A stretch of DNA of 29,406 bases from Candidatus Cloacimonadota bacterium (GTDB taxonomy: Bacteria > Cloacimonadota > Cloacimonadia > Cloacimonadales > TCS61): positions 1 through 29,406 of the forward strand of contig QMNP01000001.1 in assembly GCA_003647825.1 (NCBI GenBank), given 5' to 3'. The notes under the pieces are model-generated. The model did not search any database, was not told where the DNA came from, and worked only from the letters and a program-made list of their open reading frames with translations. Shown piece after piece: positions 17,979-26,292 of this stretch (the first letter of the stretch is position 1; each line of letters opens with the position of its first letter). Position numbers and translations under genes: made by a program.

Positions 17979-18911
17979 ATGGTCAGTAAAGCTCAGAAAT
18001 TCCGATTGGGAATTTTTTTAGTAGTGATCTCCGTTCTCATGATCATCTTTCTTGTGTTGGTTGCAGGCAATAAGATAATGGAGAAACGGGATATATATTA
18101 CATAAAATATCAAGATTTAACTGTGTCTGGTTTGCAGATCGGCGGACCGGTTCGATATCATGGAATTAATATTGGAAGGGTAGATGAAATTAATATTGAT
18201 CCGGAAGATGTAACCACCGTTATCGTTGTGGTTAGTGTGAAAGAAAATACTCCCCTGAAACAGGATGTAACTGCTGCTCTAACTCCCATCGGTATTACCG
18301 GCCTTCTGCAAATTGAAATCTCCGGCGGCAGCAATGCCGCAGCTCTTTTAACACCTGGTTCATATATTGAATCAGGGGGATCTGCTTTCCAGAGCATTAC
18401 AGGAAAAGCAGAGGTTATTGCTGAAAAGGTGGAAGTTCTCTTAAATAATTTAGCTGACATAACCAATGAAGAAAATCGTTTAAAATTAAATAATATTCTC
18501 GCCAATATAAACACACTCACAGATAGCAATGTGGAACCAATTGGCAATATAATTGCAAACCTGAATGACATCAGCCTGGAAATTAAAGATATTGCAATCT
18601 CCATGAATACAGCAGTGGTAAATATAAACGATATTCTCCAGTCTGGTAAAATTGATAGTATCGTTGCAAATACAGATAAAATAACTAAAGAACTGGCCCA
18701 GATAGATTTGAAGAAACTTGTAGATGATCTTGATGCTGCTGTTATCCAGATAGATCTGACATTATCAAGACTGGATGCTACACATATGGAAAGTAAACAG
18801 GATATTCTTGATACAGTAGAATCTCTACGAGAAACAGTGGATAACTTAAACGAGTTCAGCAAACAGATCATCGAAGATCCAACTCTGCTGCTTCGATCAA
18901 GAAGGAAATAA
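17979..18911 (+). CDS. mlaD: MlaD/MCE family protein (single MCE domain plus long helical region)
   Basis: N-terminal TM (RLGIFLVVISVLMIIFLVLV), VSGLQIGGPVRYHGINIGRV, GITGLLQIEISGG, heptad-rich tail ending DPTLLL. Confidence 0.93.
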   Translation: MVSKAQKFRLGIFLVVISVLMIIFLVLVAGNKIMEKRDIYYIKYQDLTVSGLQIGGPVRYHGINIGRVDEINIDPEDVTTVIVVVSVKENTPLKQDVTAALTPIGITGLLQIEISGGSNAAALLTPGSYIESGGSAFQSITGKAEVIAEKVEVLLNNLADITNEENRLKLNNILANINTLTDSNVEPIGNIIANLNDISLEIKDIAISMNTAVVNINDILQSGKIDSIVANTDKITKELAQIDLKKLVDDLDAAVIQIDLTLSRLDATHMESKQDILDTVESLRETVDNLNEFSKQIIEDPTLLLRSRRK

Positions 18912-18958
18912 ATCATGATTATTATAACAAGAATGAAAAGTAAACACAAGGAATGGAT

Positions 18959-21076
18959 ATGAAAAAAGTATTTTGGTTGCTTATAATTGCAATATTGCTT
19001 TTAGCTGGCTGTACTTCAAGTGAATTATTAACAAAGAATTACTATATCCTGGAATATTATGACCATAATGAAGAGCAGGATTTATTTCAGAAAACACCTT
19101 TAAATTTTAGTGTTTATATTCAGGATTCAAAGGTTTCAAAAACATACAATCGCAGCCAGATTGTGATAAGACATTTTGGTCCGAGAATAACATATGATAA
19201 TTATAATCTCTGGGGTATTAAACTTTCCAAAGTTATTCCCGATCTCATTCAAAAAAGACTGCAGCGCTATAGGATTTTTAATCAGGTACATCGTGAGTTT
19301 CTTGACACCAGACCTGATTTTGAAATATCAACATCGATCAACAATATTGAACTTTATATGGCAGATAATATTCAGCAAGCCAGAGTAAATATGACCTTTA
19401 TACTGCGTAATTCAGGGGAAGAAATCAACCTGATTCAACAAAATACAAATATAGAAAGAAAGTTGCTTTCCTACGATTATGATACTTTCGTACAAACGGT
19501 TAATGAAATTATTTTAGAGGAAACAGATAAATTCATTAATAAAATTCTTATCACCTGCGGTGTAGAAGGAGGAATAGAAGAAATCATCGCAGATAATGCG
19601 GAAAATACAGTCATAACAGAAGAGATTGCCCTTGAGAAAACAACTACTGAAGGTAATGGATTATTGCTTCTGCCTGCTCTTTCCAGAACAGATAACGAAC
19701 CATATTTTTATGCCAAAAACGACACAGGTTTTGTTCAATCCGGTAAAATGGGTACTCCTTTGGCTTTGGAAGCAGGTTTTTATTCAATTCAATACGGCTC
19801 GGGAAAGTATAACCAGATGATGACAAAAAAAAATATCGAAATTATACCCAGATTTAAAACAATCATTGAACCGGATTGGGGTTGTCTGATCGTTGAAGTT
19901 ATAGACAAAGACCGAAATTATGCGAAAGTAAGATATGAGATCTTTGATCTGGTTACTGGAGAAAGCTATGGTAGTGAATTCCCTGCGGAAGAAGAAATCG
20001 GGGAACAATCAACAGTTTGGGTTTTGAAACCGGGATTGTATAAAATTACAATGAACAATGAACCATTTAATACTTATAGTAATTTTACAACTACTTATGT
20101 AGAGAAGGGAGATATTAAAAAACTCACGATTGTAATGGATACCGATGATGAAGGTATTCCTACAAATATGATCGGAGCAGGAGTGCTGGAAGAAAGTTTC
20201 CTGGAAACCTCTCTGGAAAAAACGAAATTTTCCAGTGCAATTCACGGTAATGTGAATGTAAATAGCAACAATGAAAGTGAAAAGGATGTAAACGATACTA
20301 ATATTGTTTTAAATGCTCAGTTGCAGAATTTTCTACTTTATGATAATAGTCCTTTCCATTACTCCATGAAAAATCTGATCGAAGTAGGAACTTCAAAAGC
20401 TACAAGTGAAAGTTTCCGTTTGTCAACCGACGATTTTGATTTAAAAAATACACTTATCTACTATTTTATTAAAGATCTGGGACTTTATGCCAGATTCGAT
20501 GCAAACTCTCATTTCTTTAATACAAGACTTTATGATGATGACTTTTACTGCACCAAGATCAATAAGGATGGAGATGTAGTTCAGGATACTGCTTTTGTAG
20601 ATAACGTTAAAATTGAATCAGCGTTTTTCCCACTCGTATTAAAGGAAGGCGTCGGAATTAATTACCGGATCTTAAATCGATCTAAAGCAAATCTTAGCTT
20701 GAGAATAGGATTTGGTTTAAGGCAGGATATAAATAATGATGTTTATCAATTGTGGAATACACAAACTATTAACGACACAGTTTATAAAGAGTATCGAGAG
20801 TTAGAATCTGAATCAAAAACTGGTACTGAAATGTCTTTGGTAGGCACATTTCAATTACCTCTGAATTTATCTTATAGTGTTAATGCAGATTTTCTATTTC
20901 CATTTAATGATGAAAAAAATTATACGATGGAATGGGAGAATGTATTCAATGCTAAACTGTTTAAATATATTTCACTCGATTATAAATTAAAACTGACTCA
21001 TAAAATGACTGAAATTAATGATTATGTCGCATTAAACCATGCCCTTTTTCTGCGAGTGACTTATTTCCTTAAATAG
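18959..21076 (+). CDS. Lipoprotein fusion: PqiC/ABC-transport auxiliary domain, two beta-sandwich modules and a C-terminal DUF3078-like outer-membrane beta-barrel
   Basis: Lipobox LLAGC (Cys 19010-19012). The first ~200 aa resemble PqiC/ABC_trans_aux (NYYIL, YNRSQIVIR, YNLW). The last ~285 aa are alternating aromatic/hydrophobic strands ending FLRVTYFLK. Alternative start at 18953. Confidence 0.75.
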   Translation: MKKVFWLLIIAILLLAGCTSSELLTKNYYILEYYDHNEEQDLFQKTPLNFSVYIQDSKVSKTYNRSQIVIRHFGPRITYDNYNLWGIKLSKVIPDLIQKRLQRYRIFNQVHREFLDTRPDFEISTSINNIELYMADNIQQARVNMTFILRNSGEEINLIQQNTNIERKLLSYDYDTFVQTVNEIILEETDKFINKILITCGVEGGIEEIIADNAENTVITEEIALEKTTTEGNGLLLLPALSRTDNEPYFYAKNDTGFVQSGKMGTPLALEAGFYSIQYGSGKYNQMMTKKNIEIIPRFKTIIEPDWGCLIVEVIDKDRNYAKVRYEIFDLVTGESYGSEFPAEEEIGEQSTVWVLKPGLYKITMNNEPFNTYSNFTTTYVEKGDIKKLTIVMDTDDEGIPTNMIGAGVLEESFLETSLEKTKFSSAIHGNVNVNSNNESEKDVNDTNIVLNAQLQNFLLYDNSPFHYSMKNLIEVGTSKATSESFRLSTDDFDLKNTLIYYFIKDLGLYARFDANSHFFNTRLYDDDFYCTKINKDGDVVQDTAFVDNVKIESAFFPLVLKEGVGINYRILNRSKANLSLRIGFGLRQDINNDVYQLWNTQTINDTVYKEYRELESESKTGTEMSLVGTFQLPLNLSYSVNADFLFPFNDEKNYTMEWENVFNAKLFKYISLDYKLKLTHKMTEINDYVALNHALFLRVTYFLK

Positions 21077-21078
21077 CG

Positions 21079-22146
21079 ATGATAATTAAAAATAAAACAC
21101 TTATCCTTCCTCAAAAGCTGGATAAATCTAATATTACTGGATTCTTAAAGGAGATTGCTCTTCAGAAAAGCGAAATTGTAGAAGAGATCGATGCTGGTAA
21201 TCTGGAAATGATCGATAGCGCTGGTGTTGCATTCCTGGATAAATTAATGGAGATATTTACTGCCCATTCCCCACAAATAATAAATCTGAACTCAGAATTA
21301 GAGCAATCATATCAAACCTTTTCATCTTTAGAGCTGCCGATACAACTAAAAGCAAAACAGGGAAATATTTTCATTTTACTTGGAGAAAATTTCTATGCCT
21401 GGTTAGAATCCAGCAAACAAGCTTTTTATCTTCTGGCAGATATTTTCTATTGGTCTTTTGTAGGAGTGTTTAATAAAAAAGGACAAAGAAAAGGTTCGGT
21501 AACACAACAGGGTTTACTTATTGGTGCAGATGCACTGCCTATTATTCTTCTGCTCTCGTTCATCCTGGGTTTGATCCTGGCTCTGCAATCTGCTGCTCAA
21601 TTGCGTCAGTTTGGAGCCAATATCTTTGTAGCTGATCTGATGGCGATTTCGATGGTAACAGAAATGGGACCAATCCTTACAGCTATTATCTTGGCAGGGC
21701 GAAGCGGTTCTGCAATAGCATCAGAAATAGCGACAATGAAGGTTACGGAAGAGATCGATGCCTTAAAAATGATGGCTATTAATCCTATCCGCTATGTAGT
21801 TGTTCCTAAATTTCATGCTATCACCTTAGTAATTCCTCTCCTGGTTACAGCTTCTACCTTAATTGGAATTTTTGGCGGATTAATAATTGCTGTAACTTAC
21901 CTGGATTTGAGTACTGTAGTTTTCTTTAATCGTGTTTTTGAGGTTTTAACCTTGAGGGACGCACTTATCGGCATTGGCAAAAGTTACTTTTTTGCCTGGG
22001 TTATTGTTATTATCGGTAGTTATTACGGATTCAATGCGGAAGGTGGAGCTGAAGGTGTGGGAAAAGTGACTACCCAATCTGTTGTGGCCTCTATCTTCTG
22101 GGTTATAATTCTGGATGCACTCAGCAGTATGATATTTTATTTTTAA
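21079..22146 (+). CDS. mlaE: MlaE family ABC permease with N-terminal STAS (MlaB-like) domain
   Basis: STAS motif DAGNLEMIDSAGVAFL; MlaE motifs EMGPILTAIILAGRSGSA.ASEIATMKVTEEIDAL and GAEGVGKVTTQSVV. Confidence 0.93.
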   Translation: MIIKNKTLILPQKLDKSNITGFLKEIALQKSEIVEEIDAGNLEMIDSAGVAFLDKLMEIFTAHSPQIINLNSELEQSYQTFSSLELPIQLKAKQGNIFILLGENFYAWLESSKQAFYLLADIFYWSFVGVFNKKGQRKGSVTQQGLLIGADALPIILLLSFILGLILALQSAAQLRQFGANIFVADLMAISMVTEMGPILTAIILAGRSGSAIASEIATMKVTEEIDALKMMAINPIRYVVVPKFHAITLVIPLLVTASTLIGIFGGLIIAVTYLDLSTVVFFNRVFEVLTLRDALIGIGKSYFFAWVIVIIGSYYGFNAEGGAEGVGKVTTQSVVASIFWVIILDALSSMIFYF

Positions 22147-22147
22147 T

Positions 22148-22894
22148 ATGAAAAAAGAAGCGATAATCTCAGTAAAAAACCTGGTAGCAAAATACGGTGA
22201 AGCAACAGTATTATCTGATGTAACTGTAGATATTTTTCCTCAAGAAATTACAGTTATATTGGGTGGCAGCGGGTGTGGAAAAACCACCTTTATTAAAAAT
22301 ATATTACGATTGTATCAACCCTATTCCGGAAGTATAAGCATCTTTGGCAAGGAAGTTACGCAAATGGATGAAGTAGAATTTGACAGTATCCTCAGCAGAA
22401 TCGGAATGCTTTTTCAAAATGGTGCATTACTAAATTCCATCAGTGTAGCGGAAAATGTATCAATACCTTTGGAACAACACACAGATCTGCCCAGAACTAT
22501 CATCGATAAGATCATCAGGGTGAAACTTGACCTGGTTAATCTGGGTAAAGCAGAAAATCTATCTCCTTCTGAACTTTCAGGTGGAATGAAGAAGAGAGCT
22601 GCGCTGGCCAGAGCGATTGCTCTGGATCCGGATATTCTGGTTTGTGATGAACCTTCTGCCGGTTTAGATCCACTTACAAGTGCGGCCTTGGATAATCTGA
22701 TCTTGAAATTGAAAAAACTATTAAAAATGACAATTATTATTGTAACTCATGAACTGGCCAGTATTCATCGCATTGCAGATAGAATTATATTCCTCGATCA
22801 AGGTAAAGTGCTTTTTACCGGAACACTTAAAGAAGCAAAGAAAACAAAGATTCCAGAGGTAGAAACATTCTTCAGGGTTGGAAAATTTGAATAA
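22148..22894 (+). CDS. mlaF: MlaF family ABC ATP-binding protein
   Basis: Walker A GGSGCGKT, GMLFQNGALLNSISV.ENV, signature ELSGGMKKR, Walker B LVCDEP.AGLDP, H-loop VTHE. Confidence 0.95.
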   Translation: MKKEAIISVKNLVAKYGEATVLSDVTVDIFPQEITVILGGSGCGKTTFIKNILRLYQPYSGSISIFGKEVTQMDEVEFDSILSRIGMLFQNGALLNSISVAENVSIPLEQHTDLPRTIIDKIIRVKLDLVNLGKAENLSPSELSGGMKKRAALARAIALDPDILVCDEPSAGLDPLTSAALDNLILKLKKLLKMTIIIVTHELASIHRIADRIIFLDQGKVLFTGTLKEAKKTKIPEVETFFRVGKFE

Positions 22895-23360
22895 ACCATT
22901 ATCACCAAAATTTCTGCTGGAAGACAATTTAATAAAACTTGCCAGGTGGCTGCGATTATTAGGTTATGATGCAGCAGTATATAGATCAACAAGTTTATCC
23001 TCACTTATCGCTTTAGCCAAAAAAGAAAAACGTGTTTTTCTCACCCGCAGCAAAAGAATATTTAAGTTAAAGCAGAAATTCCCACGATATTTAATAAAAA
23101 ACACTTCATATAAAAACCAGTTGAATGAATTAAAAGATTACATAAAATATGATGAAGGACATCTGTTTTCCAGATGCATGAACTGTAATGTTTCTCTTCA
23201 TGATATCGAAAAAAAAAAGATTAAAGATTTAATTCCAGAAGCTGTTTTCGAAACTTTTGAGAATTATAAAATTTGTCGAAGATGTGGTCGAATTTTCTGG
23301 CAGGGATCGCATTATCACAAAATGAAGTTGATCTTGCAAAAGATATTTTTAAAACAATAA
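22878..23360 (+). CDS. Mut7-C RNase-domain (PIN-like) protein with zinc ribbon
   Basis: LIKLARWLRLLGYD, FSRCMNCN and ICRRCGRIFWQGSH. TTG start at 22878 or 22887, overlapping the mlaF stop. Confidence 0.88.
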   Translation: MENLNKPLSPKFLLEDNLIKLARWLRLLGYDAAVYRSTSLSSLIALAKKEKRVFLTRSKRIFKLKQKFPRYLIKNTSYKNQLNELKDYIKYDEGHLFSRCMNCNVSLHDIEKKKIKDLIPEAVFETFENYKICRRCGRIFWQGSHYHKMKLILQKIFLKQ

Positions 23361-23406
23361 TTCCAAAATTAAAGAACTTCCTATTTAGGATCAATAAAAT
23401 TTCGAT

Positions 23407-23438
23407 TTGACAGAAAAAAAGCATTATCTATTCGTGCA
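23407..23438 (+). promoter_or_regulatory. Putative promoter of the OmpA-family gene
   Basis: TTGACA-N16-TATTCGTGCA, 28 nt before ATG 23467; RBS AGGAG. Confidence 0.6.
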
Positions 23439-23466
23439 AAAGGTTAGTTTTTTAGGAGAATATTTA

Positions 23467-24963
23467 ATGAAAAAATATAAAAATAACGTTATTCTGATTC
23501 TACTATTTGTAGTTACTGCAAGTCTGTTGTCTGCCAAAATTCCTGGTAAACAAATTTTTATTGAAACCAGAGCCAGCGGTACAAAATTAATTGGCGGAGA
23601 AGTTGATGACAGCTCTATTCGCGAAATGGGTGAATTTAAATTTGGTTACTACTTCAGCCGTAAATTTGCTCTTTGGCTGAATGGTGGTTATGGATTTGTA
23701 ACCGTACGAGATGATGAAAAAAACAACTCTTTATCCAGCCATATTGAAGAAAAACCGGATGCACCTTATCGAACGACTTTTATGCCGATTTCAATGGGAT
23801 TCAGATATAATTTGTTGTCCAATAAAATTGGGGTTCCATATATGGGGTTAGGTATAGGAATGTTTAAATGGGATTTGGAAAATACCGATGAATCCACTGT
23901 TATAGATTCTGATACCAATTTATTCGTTTGCGGAATCTTTGGTGCTGAATGGGAAATCTCCCGACATGTTGGCATCAATTTCGGTTTTAAATATCAGCAT
24001 TTGTTCGATCAAACCAGTGATATGTCAGGTCTTGGTGACGTACAATCTGGAAATCTTTCTTTTGGGATTGGTTTAACTATTCGCTTTGGCGGATATAAAG
24101 ACAGCGATCATGATGGCTTCAGAAACAGCAAAGATAAATGTCCTTTCTCGCCAGAAGATTTTGATGGTTTTGAAGATGAAGATGGCTGTCCTGATTACGA
24201 CAACGATAAAGATGCTCTTGCCGATTCAGTTGAAACTAATACAGGAATTTTTATTGATGCTACTAACACAGGAACAGATCCGAATGCCAGTGATACTGAT
24301 TTGGATGGAATAGATGACTATGATGAAATAATGAAATACAAAACTAATCCAGTTTCTGTAGATTCAGATAATGACAAGCTTACCGATGGAGATGAAATAA
24401 ATAATTACTACACTAATCCTGTATTAGCGGATTCTGATAATGATAATATCAATGATTATGATGAGATAAATATCCATCAAACTGATCCCAATAATGCCGA
24501 TACTGATGGGGATGGAATAGTTGATGGGAAAGATATGTGCCCAACTGAAGCTGAGACTTTTAACGGGTTTAATGATACCGATGGATGTCCCGATAAAAAA
24601 CCGGAAGTTATCTTTAAGAAGAAAGCTCCAATAATTCTGGAAGGGATCAACTTTAAAATGGGCAGCTCTGAACTTACCGATGAGGCTAAAACTGTTGTTA
24701 TGAAGGTTGTACGTACTCTTCTGGATTATCCTGAAATGCAGCTGGAGATCAGTGGTCACTCAGATAACACCGGCTCTCGATCTTATAACTTAAAATTATC
24801 AAAAGCCAGAGCGCAATCGGTAAAACAGTTTTTAGTAGATGAAGGAATTGAAGAAAACAGGTTGCAGGCTATTGGACTGGGGCCAGATCATCCTATTGCA
24901 AATAACAATACTGAAGAAGGAAGAAAAAAAAATAGAAGGATAGAATTCTTCCGCATCAAATAA
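23467..24963 (+). CDS. OmpA family protein: N-terminal beta-barrel, Ca-binding TSP3-like repeats and C-terminal peptidoglycan-binding domain
   Basis: Signal peptide; beta-strands ending FGIGLTIRFGG; DSDHDG/DTDGDG repeats; LEGINF..GSSEL, GHSDNTGS..YNLKLS..RA.SV and NRRIEF. ATG 23467 preferred over TTG 23407, which is the -35 box. Confidence 0.93.
   Translation: MKKYKNNVILILLFVVTASLLSAKIPGKQIFIETRASGTKLIGGEVDDSSIREMGEFKFGYYFSRKFALWLNGGYGFVTVRDDEKNNSLSSHIEEKPDAPYRTTFMPISMGFRYNLLSNKIGVPYMGLGIGMFKWDLENTDESTVIDSDTNLFVCGIFGAEWEISRHVGINFGFKYQHLFDQTSDMSGLGDVQSGNLSFGIGLTIRFGGYKDSDHDGFRNSKDKCPFSPEDFDGFEDEDGCPDYDNDKDALADSVETNTGIFIDATNTGTDPNASDTDLDGIDDYDEIMKYKTNPVSVDSDNDKLTDGDEINNYYTNPVLADSDNDNINDYDEINIHQTDPNNADTDGDGIVDGKDMCPTEAETFNGFNDTDGCPDKKPEVIFKKKAPIILEGINFKMGSSELTDEAKTVVMKVVRTLLDYPEMQLEISGHSDNTGSRSYNLKLSKARAQSVKQFLVDEGIEENRLQAIGLGPDHPIANNNTEEGRKKNRRIEFFRIK
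24274..24549 (+). repeat. Four intragenic 69-nt (23-aa) Ca-binding repeats, T[DN]PxxxD[ST]DxDxxxDxxE
   Basis: Repeat starts at 24274, 24343, 24412 and 24481. Confidence 0.8.
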
Positions 24964-25001
24964 AAATCAATTTATATTATCCTGCATAACAAGGAGGAAA
25001 G

Positions 25002-25910
25002 ATGAACAAGTTATTATTATTCGTCATCCTGCTGATAGGAGTAAGTTTTATGAGTGCGGAAGATAAATATAACAAGTTAAATGATCTGGAAAAATATGTG
25101 ATTGAAAATAAGGGTACAGAACGTCCGTTTACTGGCATTTATAATGATCACGATGAAGAAGGTGTGTATAAATGCAAACGCTGCGGTGAAACTCTTTTTA
25201 AATCAGATGATAAGTTTCATTCCGGCTGCGGTTGGCCCAGCTTTGATGATGCGATCGATGGAAAAGTAAAAGAACAAACTGATGCCGATGGTCGCAGAAC
25301 TGAAATTTTGTGTGCTAATTGTAATGCACATCTGGGTCATGTTTTTAAAGGTGAAGGCTATACAGACAAAAACATTCGTCATTGCGTAAACTCAGTTTCA
25401 TTGCAGTTTGAACCAGAAGAGCCCAAACAGGAGAAAGCTTATTTTGCCGGTGGATGTTTCTGGGGAGTTGAATATCATTTCCAAAAACTGGATGGTGTAC
25501 TCTCTACTGCGGTTGGCTTCATGGGCGGAAGTGTAAAAAACCCGGGATATTACGATGTTGTTGGTGGCAACACAGGTCATGCTGAAACAGCAGAAATTGT
25601 TTATGATCCAGCTAAAGTGAGTTTTGAAAAACTGGCTAAATTGTTTTTCGAGATTCATGATCCTACCCAGATCAACCGACAGGGACCAGATATTGGTCAT
25701 CAATATAGATCTGCCGTCTTTTATACAAATAAAGAACAGAAGAAGATTACAATGCAATTGATCGAGGAACTGGAAGACAAAGGTTATGATATTGCAACAG
25801 AATTGGAAATAGCTACCAGTTTCTATCCAGCAGAAAACTATCACCAGGATTATTACGAAAAAAAAGGCAGCAAACCATACTGCCATGTTTACACGAAAAG
25901 GTTTGATTAG
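25002..25910 (+). CDS. msrAB: Secreted bifunctional methionine sulfoxide reductase, MsrB-MsrA order
   Basis: Signal peptide; MsrB GTERPF, CKRC, SGCGWPSF, CANC..HLGHVF, RHCVNS; MsrA GGCFWG, GHAE, QGPDIG.QYRS, AE.YHQDY. Confidence 0.95.
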   Translation: MNKLLLFVILLIGVSFMSAEDKYNKLNDLEKYVIENKGTERPFTGIYNDHDEEGVYKCKRCGETLFKSDDKFHSGCGWPSFDDAIDGKVKEQTDADGRRTEILCANCNAHLGHVFKGEGYTDKNIRHCVNSVSLQFEPEEPKQEKAYFAGGCFWGVEYHFQKLDGVLSTAVGFMGGSVKNPGYYDVVGGNTGHAETAEIVYDPAKVSFEKLAKLFFEIHDPTQINRQGPDIGHQYRSAVFYTNKEQKKITMQLIEELEDKGYDIATELEIATSFYPAENYHQDYYEKKGSKPYCHVYTKRFD

Positions 25911-25988
25911 AAACTACTTAGAATATTCTATTGGGGTAATTTTTTAAAAAAAAACTCCAGAATAATCGCACTTTTTAATCTAAGAATT

Positions 25989-26136
25989 CCTCGATGCTCT
26001 GCATCGGGGTGTCCGAACTTTCTCCCCTGATTTAGGGGAGATGTCCGATAGTACAGAGGGGTAAATATTGAAAATTCGATTTTCAGTTTTCTGAAATTAA
26101 GTTGGCGAAATATCCCTTGGCTTTGCCACGGGGATA
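25989..26136. repeat. Cluster of three REP-like palindromes
   Basis: CCTCGATGC-TCT-GCATCGGGG (25989-26009); TCTCCCCT-GATTT-AGGGGAGA (26021-26041); TATCCC.TGGC-TTT-GCCA..GGGATA (26111-26136). Confidence 0.6.
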
Positions 26137-26292
26137 GTCAACTTTAAGAATTTTCTTTATTATAAATCATTTCAAATTACCACTTTTTCACAATTTCAAA
26201 CCAAAATATAGACAATTTTCTTAATGAAATTTTTATTGATAAAGAGTTAAATTGAAAATGTTGAAATTATGTTTTTGAAATAGGGGTTCATT

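Noticed and set aside
18158-18949. 263-aa antisense ORF
   Set aside because: It is a shadow of the helical, heptad-rich mlaD, with Ser/Ile-rich composition, no RBS and no motifs.
5307-23466. Longer ORF-track starts at 5307, 6577, 10490 and 23407
   Set aside because: The extensions run through repeats or promoter boxes, and downstream ATGs (5340, 6649, 10502, 23467) have proper RBSs and match family N-termini.
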